A stretch of 64,000 nt of DNA, from positions 372,001 to 436,000 of the forward strand of contig NEEC01000012.1 in assembly GCA_002189035.1 (NCBI GenBank). The letters run 5' to 3'. The notes under the pieces were generated by a model. The model had not been told where the DNA came from, searched no databases, and saw only the letters and a list, made by a program, of their open reading frames with translations. Positions 50,414 to 63,144 of this stretch are shown piece after piece. Position numbers and translations under genes: made by a program. Origin of the DNA: Utricularia gibba. Its lineage: Eukaryota; Plantae; Magnoliophyta. Numbering within the stretch: the stretch's first letter is position 1; each line of letters begins with the position of its first letter.

Positions 50414-50802
50414 ATGAGCTCCCACGACGCCTCCACGAAATTCAAAGGCGTACGCAGCCGCAAATGGGGGAAGTGGGTCTCCGAAATCAGGGTTCCGGGG
50501 ACACCTGACCGTCTCTGGCTCGGCACCTACTCCTCTCCGGAGGCCGCCGCCGTCGCCCACGACGTCGCTCAGTATTGCCTCCGAGGTGGCGACTCCTCGC
50601 AACGGTTTAATTTCCCGTTGGTTCTCCCCGCCGGTGCGCGATACGGGCTGTCACCGAGGTCGGTGCAGAGGGCGGCGTCCGACGCAGGGATGGCGGTTGA
50701 TGCTCGTTTACGGGATTCGAAAGAAAGCGGGCACCAGATGTATGGGGGAGCTACTCCGGTGCATCGGAGTATCTGGATATCTCGGTTGATGATTATCTGT
50801 AG
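50414..50802 (+). CDS. ERF020: AP2/ERF transcription factor, DREB A-5 ERF019/ERF020-like (129 aa if one missing base is restored)
   Basis: AP2 domain KFKGVRSRKWGKWVSEIRVPGTPDRLWLGTYSSPEAAAVAHDVA, then NFP and SPRSVQRAASDAGMAVDA. The family C-terminal motif LDISVDDYL* lies in the -1 frame and ends at 50802. Confidence 0.88.
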
Positions 50803-51358
50803 ATCAAATGAAATCAGTGCGTTGCTTGTGTCGCCTTTCAAAGCCCGGAGGCCTTTTCGTGCCCTCTCGTCTTCCTTCTTGCATTCTCCACCTGTGCTGT
50901 ACTTCGTCTCACTGCACCATTTTTTTGTCCACTAAATATACCATTACCTATTACAGTTAACAGTTTATTTGGTGCTACAAAGCCAAGCAACCTCATTCTT
51001 ATAACAGATAATGGGACGAGTATTCTATCAAGATGTGCTATGGAAAGAATCGGATTAATTAACTAAAATGGGCATTCAATGCATATATACAGAATTTATA
51101 GTCCCGTGTCAACGGAATCCATTATTACAAAAGTAGGAACCAAGGCAGGAAGAATTCTCTGGACTGGACACAAAGCATTTGGTGCTACAAAGCCAAGCAA
51201 CCTCATTTTTTTATCAGTAGTTGCGCACTACTGTGCAGATGGCTTCCAAGGTGGCCTTGGATTCTCTGCAACCTGATCCAAGAGGAGCCTTTTTTGTTTT
51301 CCTAAACCACAGAGAGGATGAGTTGTAAGATCACGTACTGAAGCTAAATGATTTTGCA

Positions 51359-53020
51359 CTAAAAGTCTTGCTTAGGCTTGCGGCTCAGTTCAGAGTAATG
51401 TCCCCCCATAAGCTGAAGGACCTCTTGCCACAAATTATCGGAGGAAGCATCATTTTGTGAAGCTACGGAGATCAAGTTTGCACTGCAAGCAGCCACGCAC
51501 CAATAGTCTGCCTCGATTTCTTGTCTCAGTTGGTCCAGTTGCCACCCTGCATACCCCATGAAGAAACCAAAGTCTTGAGGCTTGAGGTATCCCTTCCTCA
51601 CCAGCTCGGAAGCTCCATCTAAACTGTTCCGGGAACCAAAACACACCCCGGGAATCACTTCTTCGAAGCCTGGAAAAACTGATGCTTCCCCTGCTTTAAC
51701 TAGAAACATACTTGCGTCAAGGGGTCCGCCGAAATGCAAACAACAGTCAGCAAATGTTGTTGCCAACTCGTTGTTGGATGGATTTATGTGCTTCATCTTT
51801 TTGTTTAGAGGTCGATTTATGATGATCCCGAAAGGCCCCTCCTGAGGGTTCCTCGTTCCAGATCTGAGAAGAAGAATAACAGTTCTTTCAAAGCTTCGGA
51901 CTCCATCAAGCTTTTCTGTAGCAACAAGGAGACATCCATTCTCGGGTGCTGAAACAGGATGCGCCCACTTGAGGGGAAGTTGTTGCGAGTGTGACACTGG
52001 CGATGCTCTATCAGGGCTCTGAGAGGAGGAATCTGGAACTTCATCCTAGAAATGTATAGTTATACATACAAAGAAACACACGCAGAGAAGATCATATCAT
52101 GTAATATGGAACTCAAAATAGAATTTGCAATCTTGGATCTCCTCGATAAACTAGGAATTACCTGCTCCTGTATGTAGAGCATTGCTCTAAACTCTCTCCA
52201 GTTCAATGGTTTATGGTGAGGCTTCTTCGGGCTAGCGTCACGAGATCTATGGCTTTCCATTGGGTTATTTCCTTTCAGTCCATCTCCACCAGATTTTGCA
52301 TCATCATTAAGCCCTGTTAGCAAAAAAAAAAGGGGGGGGGGGGGGGGGGAGGGGAGAGATTATAAGAACATGCAACCACACTTAATGAAATGAGACAATT
52401 CTGAAAGGAATAGCTTAGCAAACTGCACAGTCAACCAAATGCAGAAAAATATCAGAAGATTGCAATAAAATCCTTCAAGGAATGGGCCAAAAAATGAACT
52501 TTCAACCATTACAAGCATTGCTCATGGCTAGAATCAAGTTAGAGAAAAAAAAAAAAAAACACCAACACAGCAGTAGTTAAATCGGGGGCAAAATCTTTAT
52601 TTTTTTATTTTATTTTTATTTTTTTTGCTTTCCTTTTGAGCAATTCTGAACCCCGACCAAATATAGGCGATCGTCGATTCCAAAAATTTGGCGAAGTGTG
52701 ACTACTACAAATATATCTTCCAAAACAAGCTAATTACAAACAGCAATTAGACGATCATCCACGTATAAAACGATTGCAGAAGAGAAGCTTTAAAAAAGTC
52801 ATCTCAGAAATGAGAAAGAGCTTTCACCAGAATTTTGATTACTCTGATCTCCCGAATCCTTTTTCGCCATAGCCTTAACGACGCAGGACCGATGCCTTGG
52901 AACCTTCATCTCCACAGTGATGGAGTGATAATATCTCGAATTCCTGCAAATGGGTTTCTCCGAGAGCGAATTTCTGAGGAAAAAACCGCTGCTTTTCGCA
53001 TGCATACACCACAGATCCAT
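51359..53020 (-). CDS. DUF179 / YqgE-AlgH family protein with a probable plastid transit peptide, 343 aa
   Basis: Exons 53020-52828, 52313-52162, 52045-51359. Motifs: LNWREFRAMLY, WAHPVSAPENGCLLVATEKLDG...FERTVILLL, GIIINRPL, LHFGGPL, FFMGYAGWQLDQLRQEI. Confidence 0.9.
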
Positions 53021-55484
53021 GATTTACTAAGCAAGAGATACTCTAATCCTGTTATCACTTTTTTTATGAGGATAGAACCAGAAACAACCGATGAATATCA
53101 TTCGTCAGATATACGGAGGAGTGAGGGATTTGACGCGAAAACAGCACCTAAAGGGCGTAGATATTTTATCCTGCGCGACAAACCGTACATGTTAGCAGTT
53201 GCTATATTGCGCCCATATTTGATTTTCATGGTGGTTAATTAAAGAATAGAAAAATGAGCTCAAAATTTGATCAAAGTTCTTTGATGTAAGTTCATTTGCG
53301 TTCCTTTTTTTTGTTGTTGTGATTGGAAAATAATTGGTCATCTCATTTTCATAAATAGTCCAATTAAATACTAATTTATGATTCGATATAATAAAATTCC
53401 AGAATTCTTTATATTAAAGAAAAATATTTTCATTATTTAGAATCAAAAAGCGTCATGGTCCAGCAGAAACTACATAAAAATTGGTCTTCAAAGTATTCAA
53501 TTGTAACTTTAGTGATTTGGAGGTAATTTAGAGTTTGTTCTTTATTTTGAACATTAGATTCAAGTCATATTGTATAGATTCAAGTTTAAAATTGTACGAA
53601 TGAAACTAGTTTTTAAATTATAAACTATTATATGAAATAATATAAAATTATATTTTAAATTATAATTATGAAGATTAATATATTAAATTATTGTAAACTT
53701 TAGTATGATGATATAAACATAATTTTGGAGTGTATACGAAGTTAATAATTTTTGTAATTAATTTTTTTAGTTAATTATTGAAACAGAAATTTAAGAAATT
53801 ATAAATAATTTTAAATTAATTTTTTTAATTTACTATAAATATTAAAATTTAAAATAATTAAAGCATCATTTTAGGAAATTACAAAACATAGGCTATATTA
53901 GACTCATTAAAAAAAGAGGAATTGGACGAGATCTTAGATCTTGATTGGAGATTCTCTGTTGGATTTGAGAAATCAACTCTCCATAAAATGCTAGGTGACG
54001 GATATGAAGTCAAAAACGAATTATTAAATTTCCAGAGATGAATTGGAAATAATTCAATATATGGGTTCCTGTGTTAATAATTTCTTTAAGTGATTTTTTT
54101 AATTTTAAATTAACATTTAATCGTTATACAATAAAATAAAAATTTAAATTCAATGATTAAATTCTAAAATTACTGAATTTATTTAATTTCTATTTTAGTG
54201 ATTAAATAATAGATGAAATAAAACTTATATTATTTATTATTTTAAAAATATATTTATATCATAATATTAAATTATTTAATAAAGCTACAAACTTTCATAT
54301 TTGGAGTTGGATATTGTGCAAATGTCTGTAATCATTGGCATGCATGATCCCTGTGCACTCATCCTCTTTGATAAGTAAGTTGTAGGGCGGATTAGGTACA
54401 AGTAGAAAAAATGAGAGATAAAGGACTTTTGAGAAACAAAAGTGCTAGAGATAAGAGAGAACAGCTCGTAAGAATACTCATTTTCCGTATATTTGAACTC
54501 CGAATTTTTATTATTTTTGGATGATTACATCATTGTTTCATTTTGACTTGCTTTTCAATACTCTGGCACACTTGCTTTTATGAACATTCTCAATAAATCA
54601 AAAGAAAATTCCTTAAACCCGTAACAATCACTGAACCAAAAAGTTTTAAATAGGAGATGCTTGCATACCAAAAAAAGAATGAAAAAAGATTTGAACTCAA
54701 TAATCCCAAAAAAATATAAGAACTTGAGTGAATGTCTGCACCTTCTATTATACTTTTTCTATGAATATATCTACTAGCGACCATACATTCTCCCAGTTCG
54801 AGTAACTTCACTAACTCCCAATGATCTGCATTGGAGTATGAGTCAGTGTGGTTTGATCATCCAACGCGGTGCTGGGTATAGGAATGCACATGTTGCCAAG
54901 TGACGATTGAGTCTCTAACTTACCTTCTCGGTGGGTATTCAAGCAAGAATCTTGAAAGGGTTCTTCCATTTTTAATAGTGAAATCTCTTTTCTAATGTAT
55001 GAACACATAAAATTTTTTCGTATTTTTCAAATAAAAAATTCTTACTAATTTCGTATACTAAAAATACCAACAAAATATGTGTTATTACTAGCATTATTGC
55101 CACTCTAGTAATGCTTTCGATGTTTTTCTTTTTTTTCTTGGAGATTGTTGACCCTATTTGACAGTGCGCAGCAGAAACGTTAACAAAAACCAAGCAAATA
55201 GAAGAAAGTGAGGAAATGACAAATGATGGAACAAAAGTTCTATTCAAGCTTCAAAAAAGATCTAGATTATTAGTTTGTGAATGGACTATTTAAAAAAAAA
55301 AAATCTAATGAATGAAAAAGGAAGCTAAACACAATCTTTGAACTAGGGATCATCTACGGGCAAAGAATCTAGATTTGCTTGATTTATTTCCCTAATTCCA
55401 TGCTGATTGAAATTGTTTTTTCATGGATGTAGTAGCATATGGGTTGAACAATCACCTTGTAGTGAGAAGGATTGGTGAAGTGGG

Positions 55485-56774
55485 TATTGCATGTCGTTTT
55501 CTCAACAAATTTTAAATAATTAAAACGTAAAACACTAGAAAGCGTAGTACGAATATCGATCTCAGGGAGTTTTTTTTCGTGGAAAGTGTTTTGTAAAGAA
55601 CTTCTACAAAATATCACGGTTTTGTAAAAGGGGGTTTTTGAGACGTAGAAATAAAAGATACAACCTAAGTGATGGGCCTTGACTACGGGACGCAATTCCT
55701 GAGAATTAGATTCCATCTCCTTCCTTTGTCCGTCCTTGCCTCGGTTTTCACTGATTTCTTTCGAATAGCTGGTTATAGCAGCAAGGAATAGCCTACTCAC
55801 CCTTACATTCTGATTGACAAGGAGGCACGGGAATAACCTCATGTGATTCCCCCTTGGACGATTAGGAAGACAAGAGGATTGCCTTGGGCGCGTGTGTGCC
55901 CAGCTGTTGCCAATGGCCAGTGGCAGGTCCGAGGTCACAACCTATCCACTGTCGCGGTACCTAGGCCACAAACAATCTGCTACTTCCCTCAAACCGACAG
56001 GGTTGGAGTTTGTGCTCTTCACCTTGATCTTCACCAAAATCCGCGAGGAGTGGCCTACTACTCATGGACCTTGACTAAGAGTCGTTACAGAAAGAATGCA
56101 ACAAGACGCGTGGAAGTATGCGGAATCCAAAATCAATTCAGCGAAGAACCGAGTGTATTGCTCAGGACTTAGAAGGAAACTTCATCTACTTCCCAAAAAC
56201 TCAAGGTTTTAGCCACAATGGGCCATCAAAATAGAAATGAAATTGGAAATTAAGTGTTCTTCCTCCTTGAAGGGGAGGAAGAACTCAAAAGTTCTAAGCA
56301 CCAGATAGGAAATGGCAAAAGTCGAAACTAAGTGCTCCAAGTGGCTTTTATATGACTTCCCATGTGCATTAACTCCTTTGGGTCCTCTTCCCATCATTCC
56401 TTCTGTCTTGCATGCGCCAGCAGCTTTTCTTTGCGTGCAAGTTTGCGCCCAATCATTGTTGCAGACTTTGACATGCCGTAAGTCAAGGGCCTTGACCAAT
56501 GTCAGTTTTCCGCCCACAATCATTCCAACTCGCGTACAAGGCACAAAAACTCAAAGTCTGACCACCTGCAATACTCCTACAACACTCCATGATAGTCTTC
56601 TGACATGCCTTGATCAAAGTATGAGAAAAAAGACATAAAATATACACAAAATAGGAAAATGAGAATTTTCTAATAAAAATGAAATACTTAATAATAAGAC
56701 TACTAATTGGGCGACTTAATACTGAATCAACACCTAATAATACCTAATAAATAGCTAGAAAATGGCACTTAACA
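55485..56774 (-). mobile_element. Solo LTR (1290 bp), same family as 46499-48470
   Basis: TSD GTGGG at 55480-55484 and 56775-56779. Ends are TATTGCATG (decayed TG) and CACTTAACA, the reverse complement of TGTTAAGTG. Confidence 0.88.
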
Positions 56775-56871
56775 GTGGGTCTTTGCTGAATTATCTCAAG
56801 ACTTCAGTAAGCTTTTTTCCCCACCAAATGAGGTCCCAGTTGAATGACACTAAATTTTTCATAGAAGAGCG

Positions 56872-59800
56872 TGTTGTAAATCAAGCATGAAGAAAAAGAA
56901 AAGATCAAAACCTCGGGTACGTAAAAATGCTATCCTAAAGGATTTCACGATCCTATCCTAAAGTTGTATTTCTATGAATCGAATACTATTTTGTGATACA
57001 GAGGTGTAGTCAATCACATCAAGTCCACCCCCATAATTATCAACTACATTGCTTATATAGGTGTCTTTGCCTAACACACATTGCTTATGTGTGTTATTGA
57101 ATTTTCATCAACTACATAGTCATTAAGAGTAAGTACTCATCTTTCACTTTGTAGGTAGAACTCATATTCCATAGGAATGACCACTTACCATGATTTGTGT
57201 TTTTAGAACTAGCAGTGACTTATTATTACCCATATGAGCTTGATCAAGGTGTTTCTTCTTTCACAAGTTGGGTTACCATCACTGTCGTTTGCTGAACGGC
57301 ATTAGTCCCATTCCCCTCAAAATCTCACCAATCTTCTCTCTATTGAGAGGCGCGGTCCATGTATTCAATGGAGATCACACCGAGTTTCAATAGCTGTCTC
57401 AATGTTCTGTGCCTCAGTTGCATGTGTATATTTCTTCTGTTATAGGATTGATTCTTGGCAGTGGCAATTACTACTTGACAGTCACAATGTAGCACCACTG
57501 AGAAAGATCTGTGTTGCTTGCTTGGGATTCCCATCACATAGTTTCTCAACCACTCAACCTCAATTCTTGCTAGATTCAATGCAATGAACTTAGCTTCCAT
57601 TGTTGATCTAGCTATCAAAGTTTGTTTGGTGGGTTTTCAGGACACAGCTCCTCTGCTCAATGTGAAAATCATTCTATTTGTGGCTTTTGGCTTTTTTATC
57701 TCAGAGACTCAGCTAGCATCACTGTATCCTCCAATACAGCAAGTTCTTTATGATATTGAATGCCATGATCTGCTGTCCCTTTGAGGTATCTAAATAACCA
57801 CCTCACAACTATCCAATGACTTTCATTTGAGTTGTGTATGTATCTACTCAGTCTAACCACTGTAGATGCTATGTCAGGTTGGGTATGATTCATTAGATAC
57901 ATCACACAGTGTCTAAGTTTGGCCCAAAGATCAACATATCATCCACATAGAGGGTTATGATCACGCATATAGTCATTAAAAATTTTAGAGTAAACACATC
58001 TCCCGATTGGATTTGATGTGAAGCTTGATGATGTTATGACTTCATCAAATTTCTCATGCCGCTATTTAGGTACTTGTTTCAAGCCATACAATGACTTCTT
58101 TAGTCGACACACTTTGTGCTCATCTCTAGCCTTTATACAACCCTTAGGCTGAAACATATAGATTTCTTCCTTTAATTCACCATTCAAGAATGCCATTTTG
58201 ACATCCATTTGGTGAACTATCCAATTGTGCACATATATTATTGCAAAGAGTGCTCGTATGGTAGAGAAGTGAACCACTGGGGCAAATGTCTCAAAGTAGT
58301 CAACATCCGGTTTCAAAGTGAAACCCTTTGCTACAAGGTGAGCCTTGTATTTGTCTACTTTACCATTCGCAAGGAGCTTTTTATTAAACATCCACTTGTT
58401 CCTAATTAGCTTTGCCCTAGAGGATAGGTCTACTACTTCCCATACCTTGTTCTGATGGAGCGAATCCATCTCACTCTGAATGGCCTCCATCGACAATGAA
58501 GCATCTAGGGAAGTAATCGCATCGTAGTAGGACAGAGGATCTCCATTAGTGAGATACACATAGAAGTTATCGTCGAAGCTAGACTTTGTCCTCTACTTTT
58601 TTCTTTGTCTTAGAGGCACTTCCTCCAAGGGTTCACTAGCTCACTCTTGATCACAAGGAATCGATATGTAGCACTCCTCTGTGAATATTCTATAAACGGA
58701 CAATTAGATGTTTTTGACCCAATCTTCTTTTTCTTAGGATCAAGTAACATCGCTTTTATTAAACAATCTCCCCCCCCCCCCCCCACACCCTTAAATACTT
58801 AAGATTTGGTGTATAGCTTTTCCATATCTAATATGGAGTTTTGCATGTTTTCTTATGTGGGATTCGGTTCTGAACATGACAAGTCATGAGAATTGCTTCC
58901 CCCATATTTCATCTGGAGTGCCAGAAGTAATAAGTATTGAATTCATCATTTCCTTCAATGTTTTATTCTTCCTCTTAGCAACTCCATCTAACTCTGGGGA
59001 ATAGGGAGGAGTCATCTCATATATTCTTCCATGCTTCTCACAAAAGTTTTTGAATAATGCATACTCACTCCCTCTATCAGATCCGACTCTCTTTATTTTC
59101 TTGTCAAGTTGGTTTTCTGCCTTAGCTTTAAATAGTAGAAACTTATCAAATGCTTTAGATTTATGTGTCAACAAATACACATGAGTATATCTAGAGCAAT
59201 TAACAATGAAAGTAACCATAAACTTATTGACACCTCTAGATACACACGTCTTATAATCATATACATTTGAATGAATAAGTGCAAGCAATTCAGATTCTCT
59301 AGTCACAGAAAAGCATGATTTCTTAATCATCTTTGCCTCTATGCAAGTCTCACACTTAATAGGTAACTCATGTAATTTAAGAATTAAATCTAGTTGCTAC
59401 ATCTTCTTCATATAGACATAGTTTACATGACCTAGTCTAGCATGCCAGATATCAAAGGAGCATATCATGTAAGCAGAATCAACTTTTTTCTTAGAAATAA
59501 CAGAAGCATTCATTACATATAACTCCTGACTACCAATGTATACTTTCCCAAAAAAAAAAACATTGTTCTTCATCACCACATTAGCCCCATTGCCTAAGTT
59601 GATATTTAGACTACACTTATCCATCTAAATAGTTGAGATAACATTGGTCTTTATGACAGAAGCATGCAACACATCTCTCAGAAGGACAATCTTCCTTGAA
59701 ATAAACTTCAAAGTGGCTTCTCCCTTTCCCAGCACTAGTGTAGCAGACTTGTCAGCAAACTTGATCACATGATTGTCACCTCCAAGTGGACTATAGGAGG

Positions 59801-61080
59801 AGAAGTATTCTTCCTTGAGCAAACATAACGGTTTGCTCCAGAGTCCACGATCCAGTCACCATTGGTCTCAATTAGGTTCAAGTAATCAAGCATGATGACA
59901 ATCATCTCATCATTATCATCCCCCTGAACCATGTTAACATTGGCTTTGGGAGGTTCATTACCAGGTTTTCCTGTCTTCTTGTGCCTGCATGATGCTGCAT
60001 AGTGCCCTATCTTACTACAAAAAAAACAATGGTCCTTTTTCTTTTTGATACCATCATTAGTAGGAGCTAAAACAATATGAGAACCAGCATCAGAATGTTT
60101 GGAGCGAGATTTGTACCTCCCTTGTTTGTTCTTGAGGACATTCGCTTGGTACTCATGATTCAAAGACTTCTTTCTTGTTTTCCTCTACCTCTCTTCAATT
60201 GCAATATGGTTGATCAAGTGATTCAAAGTAATCTTGCGATCAAATTGGTGAATCCTTGCCTTGTAATCATCCCATCGTCGTGGCAACCGGTGGATTAGTG
60301 AATCAGTGATGAACTCTGGAGGTAGATTGATCTTCTAAGTAGCCATGTTGTCCAAGAGGCGATGGAATTTGTTGATCTAGACAACCACGTCCTTCTCATC
60401 AGACATCTCCCACTGCAGAAAATTAGTAACTTCAAATCGAGATGTAACGGCCTCCTCTACAGTGTACTTGGCATTCATCAACTTCCATATGGAGGCAACA
60501 TCCTTGTAGATTATATATACATCGAGGAGACTATCAGCAAGGGTGGTAATTATGGTGTGACGACATACCCGGTTCGCCCAATCCCAGTCCACAGCGAGGA
60601 TCTTAAAGTCTGTGGCTTCTTGTTTAGTGACATTGAGGGCTCAGGTAACACCGTGCATATCTAGCAGCTCAAAGATTCGGTCCTTCCAGCGCCGAAAGTT
60701 CTTTCCATCAAAGGGGTCGATTTTTGCAATGTCAGGAAACTGGCGACCAACAACTGAATGATTCAGAGACAGATCGTGAAGACCAGAGGTAACCCATGGC
60801 ATGTAGGTGGAGATGAGTAGATTCTGGACAGGATTTGACTACGGCGATGGCACAACAACCAGATCTACATTAGGGAAGACCGTCGGAGTCGGAGTGGCGT
60901 CAGTGAATAGTGCACAGGTCACCGGAGGTGCGGTCATCATCGAAGTAGGGTTTTTCAAAGGGGCAGCGGTTGGATCCATCGAGAATATCCTTTAGATTGT
61001 TGTAAATTGAGCAAGAAGAAGAAGAAAAGATCAAAAACCTTAGGCATGTAAAAACGCTATCCTAAAGGATTTCACCATCC
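56872..61080 (-). mobile_element. Near full-length degenerate Ty1/copia LTR retrotransposon; 5' LTR truncated
   Basis: Domain order is gag (FDGKNFRRWK; CFFCSKIGHYAASC), protease (WIVDSGA), WHARLGHVN, integrase, RT (KAHLVAKGF; HQMDVKMAFLNG; LKKSLYGLKQ), RNase H (ARSTMEAKFIAL). A shared LTR segment TGTTGTAAAT...ATCCTAAAGGATTTCAC starts at 56872 and 60998. The inner boundary of the 3' LTR is uncertain. Confidence 0.92.
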
Positions 61081-61084
61081 CCCA

Positions 61085-62332
61085 AGATTCAAGAGGCTCT
61101 TCAAGAACTACTTCCTAATGGGTTCAAGATAAAATGAAGCAAAACGTGGTATTGGACCACACAGACATGAGAGGCTTTTGGGGTGGGTTTGCACCCCCCT
61201 GCACGTAGCCATTTTGGGTTTCGAGGCCCTCTGGAAGCCCAATCAAATCTAATAAATTAAAACCCTGCATGCGTGCAAGGCTTAACTCACTGTTAGGCCC
61301 ATCAAAGCCATTTAAACTAGTTGAAATGACTTTCAATTAGCAATGTGGGATTGCAACCCCCCTTCTCCAATACAATATTCCAATAGAGCGTTGATGGAGC
61401 AGACGACAATTCCCTAAGATCATGGAGCAAGTAGCAGAGCCATTGAATTTATGCAGAAATGTGGGGCCATCAAGCGATACTCAACTTCAGTGCTCAAGTG
61501 AGAAATAGTTTTTTGCTTGGAAGAGCGCCAAGAAACAAGATTGTTGCCAAAGAAGATGCATTAACTAGTGATGGAGCTACAAATGATGCGGAAAGTAGCC
61601 CAATCAGCATCAGCATTAGCCATTGCGGTGCAGATGTGGATGAAATGAAAAGAGGATGTCATGGGTGAGAGTTCCCTAAACATAGCGAAGAAAATGATGG
61701 GCAAGGGCAAGATGATGATTGGTCAAGCGTTGCAAAAATTGACAAAGAAAGTTGACATAAAATTGAAAGTTGAAGTGGATAAAAGTCAAGTATTGAAGAG
61801 AGGTAATAATAGCTCTTAAGGGCTGAGGATTGAGGTGGATGCCCTCCAACATAGAATCAAACTTAGTCGACATAGATAGGGATTTAGGATAACAATCTTG
61901 CATGTTGAACTTTCAAGGATAGAGATGGTATAGTGAGTCTGAGATATGTGAAAACCAGTCGCAAAGGATTAGCTTTTAATCCCAAGGAAGTGATGAGGAG
62001 CCCCAAGTTTTTCCATGCATGTCATCAAGAATGGGGATAAATGATTGAAGAAGAGACACCCAAGTGTGCTATTAAGAGCATGTCATCAACATGGAAAAAG
62101 AGATAAACAATTACATGTGGAGAGTGATGAATGAAAAAAGAAGATTCAGTAAGACTGCACTAAAAGTCAATGCTGAGGAAGAAAGGAGTTGAACTTTTCA
62201 AATCAAGCATGATGGGTTTGCTTGAGATCATATAAAGATTTTTGAAGCTTGCAAACATGTGAGGAGAGGTGAGGATCAAACATAACAGGGGATTGAACCA
62301 TGTAAATGGTTTTCCAAAGATTACCGTGAAAT
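61085..62332 (-). mobile_element. Second Ty1/copia remnant (RT-RNase H, PPT, probable 3' LTR piece)
   Basis: HVCKLQKSLYDLKQ, YVDDMLLI, LGAPHHFLGI, GNNLVSWRSSKQKTISHLSTEVEYRLMA; purine tract GGAGAAGGGGGG near 61358-61369. Confidence 0.78.
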
Positions 62333-63144
62333 AAGACATTTTTTTATATCAAGTGAACAAAGAGGCTGTCGATGCTGAAGAAAACTATTGAAAACAAAGT
62401 GAGTGTTAGTATGTTGAATCACGGTAAAGAAAGTTTATGTATAATCAATACCATCAACTTGATTATATTATTTAAGAGTGATTAAGCAAGTTTTAAGACG
62501 ATCAAATTAACCATCGAGTTTGTTATGTTTTCCAAGTTGAAAACTATAGCAAAATTTGAGTAGAGCCAGAAATTCAAATTATTTTTTTTTTTTTTTGCAA
62601 ATGAGGAATAGTAACAATATAAGAACAACTATAATATGGAATGTTTTAATAGAACGAATATTAAGATAATACTTAGAAAAGGAAGAACCTACATAGATGT
62701 CACCCCTTTGTTTTTCTGTGATTAGAACTTTCCCTATCCAGCGATTCTTATGTTTGATTTTTGGATGATTTTTTATTCTTTTGCTGAAGTCTAAAAGAAA
62801 TAAGATTTTTATGTGTTTGAAAAGGTTAATTTTAGACAGGACGAAACGACTGGAATGGTGACCATAAATTCATACCAGTTGAAACGGTGTCGTTTATTGG
62901 CCAAATCACGACTCAGAGGCCAGCACCTCTCTCTCTCTCTCTCTTTCAAACGTCTCTTGATTTTGTTTTCAAAACTTCCTCACCCTAATTAGCTGTACGA
63001 TTTTCGTCGGCAACGCACAGTTAGATCTTCTTTTTACTGCCTCTATTTCATTCAAATTGGATCTGTAGAAACCTCTATTTGGATCTGGGTTTGCGCCTCC
63101 CAATCCTTCTGGTGAAATACGCGTTGATTTGCTGATACGGCACC

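Noticed and set aside
50039-50602. 187-aa minus-strand ORF, and the 49-codon 5' extension of the ERF ORF from 50267
   Set aside because: The first is antisense to the ERF. The extension spans the TATA box, so ATG 50414 is the likelier start.
52322-52355. A10-G18 tract in DUF179 intron 1
   Set aside because: On the sense strand it is the polypyrimidine tract directly before the acceptor at 52314.
55384-56638. ORFs of 184, 109, 111 and 108 aa
   Set aside because: They lie within the TSD-bounded solo LTR and show no retroelement or host protein motifs.
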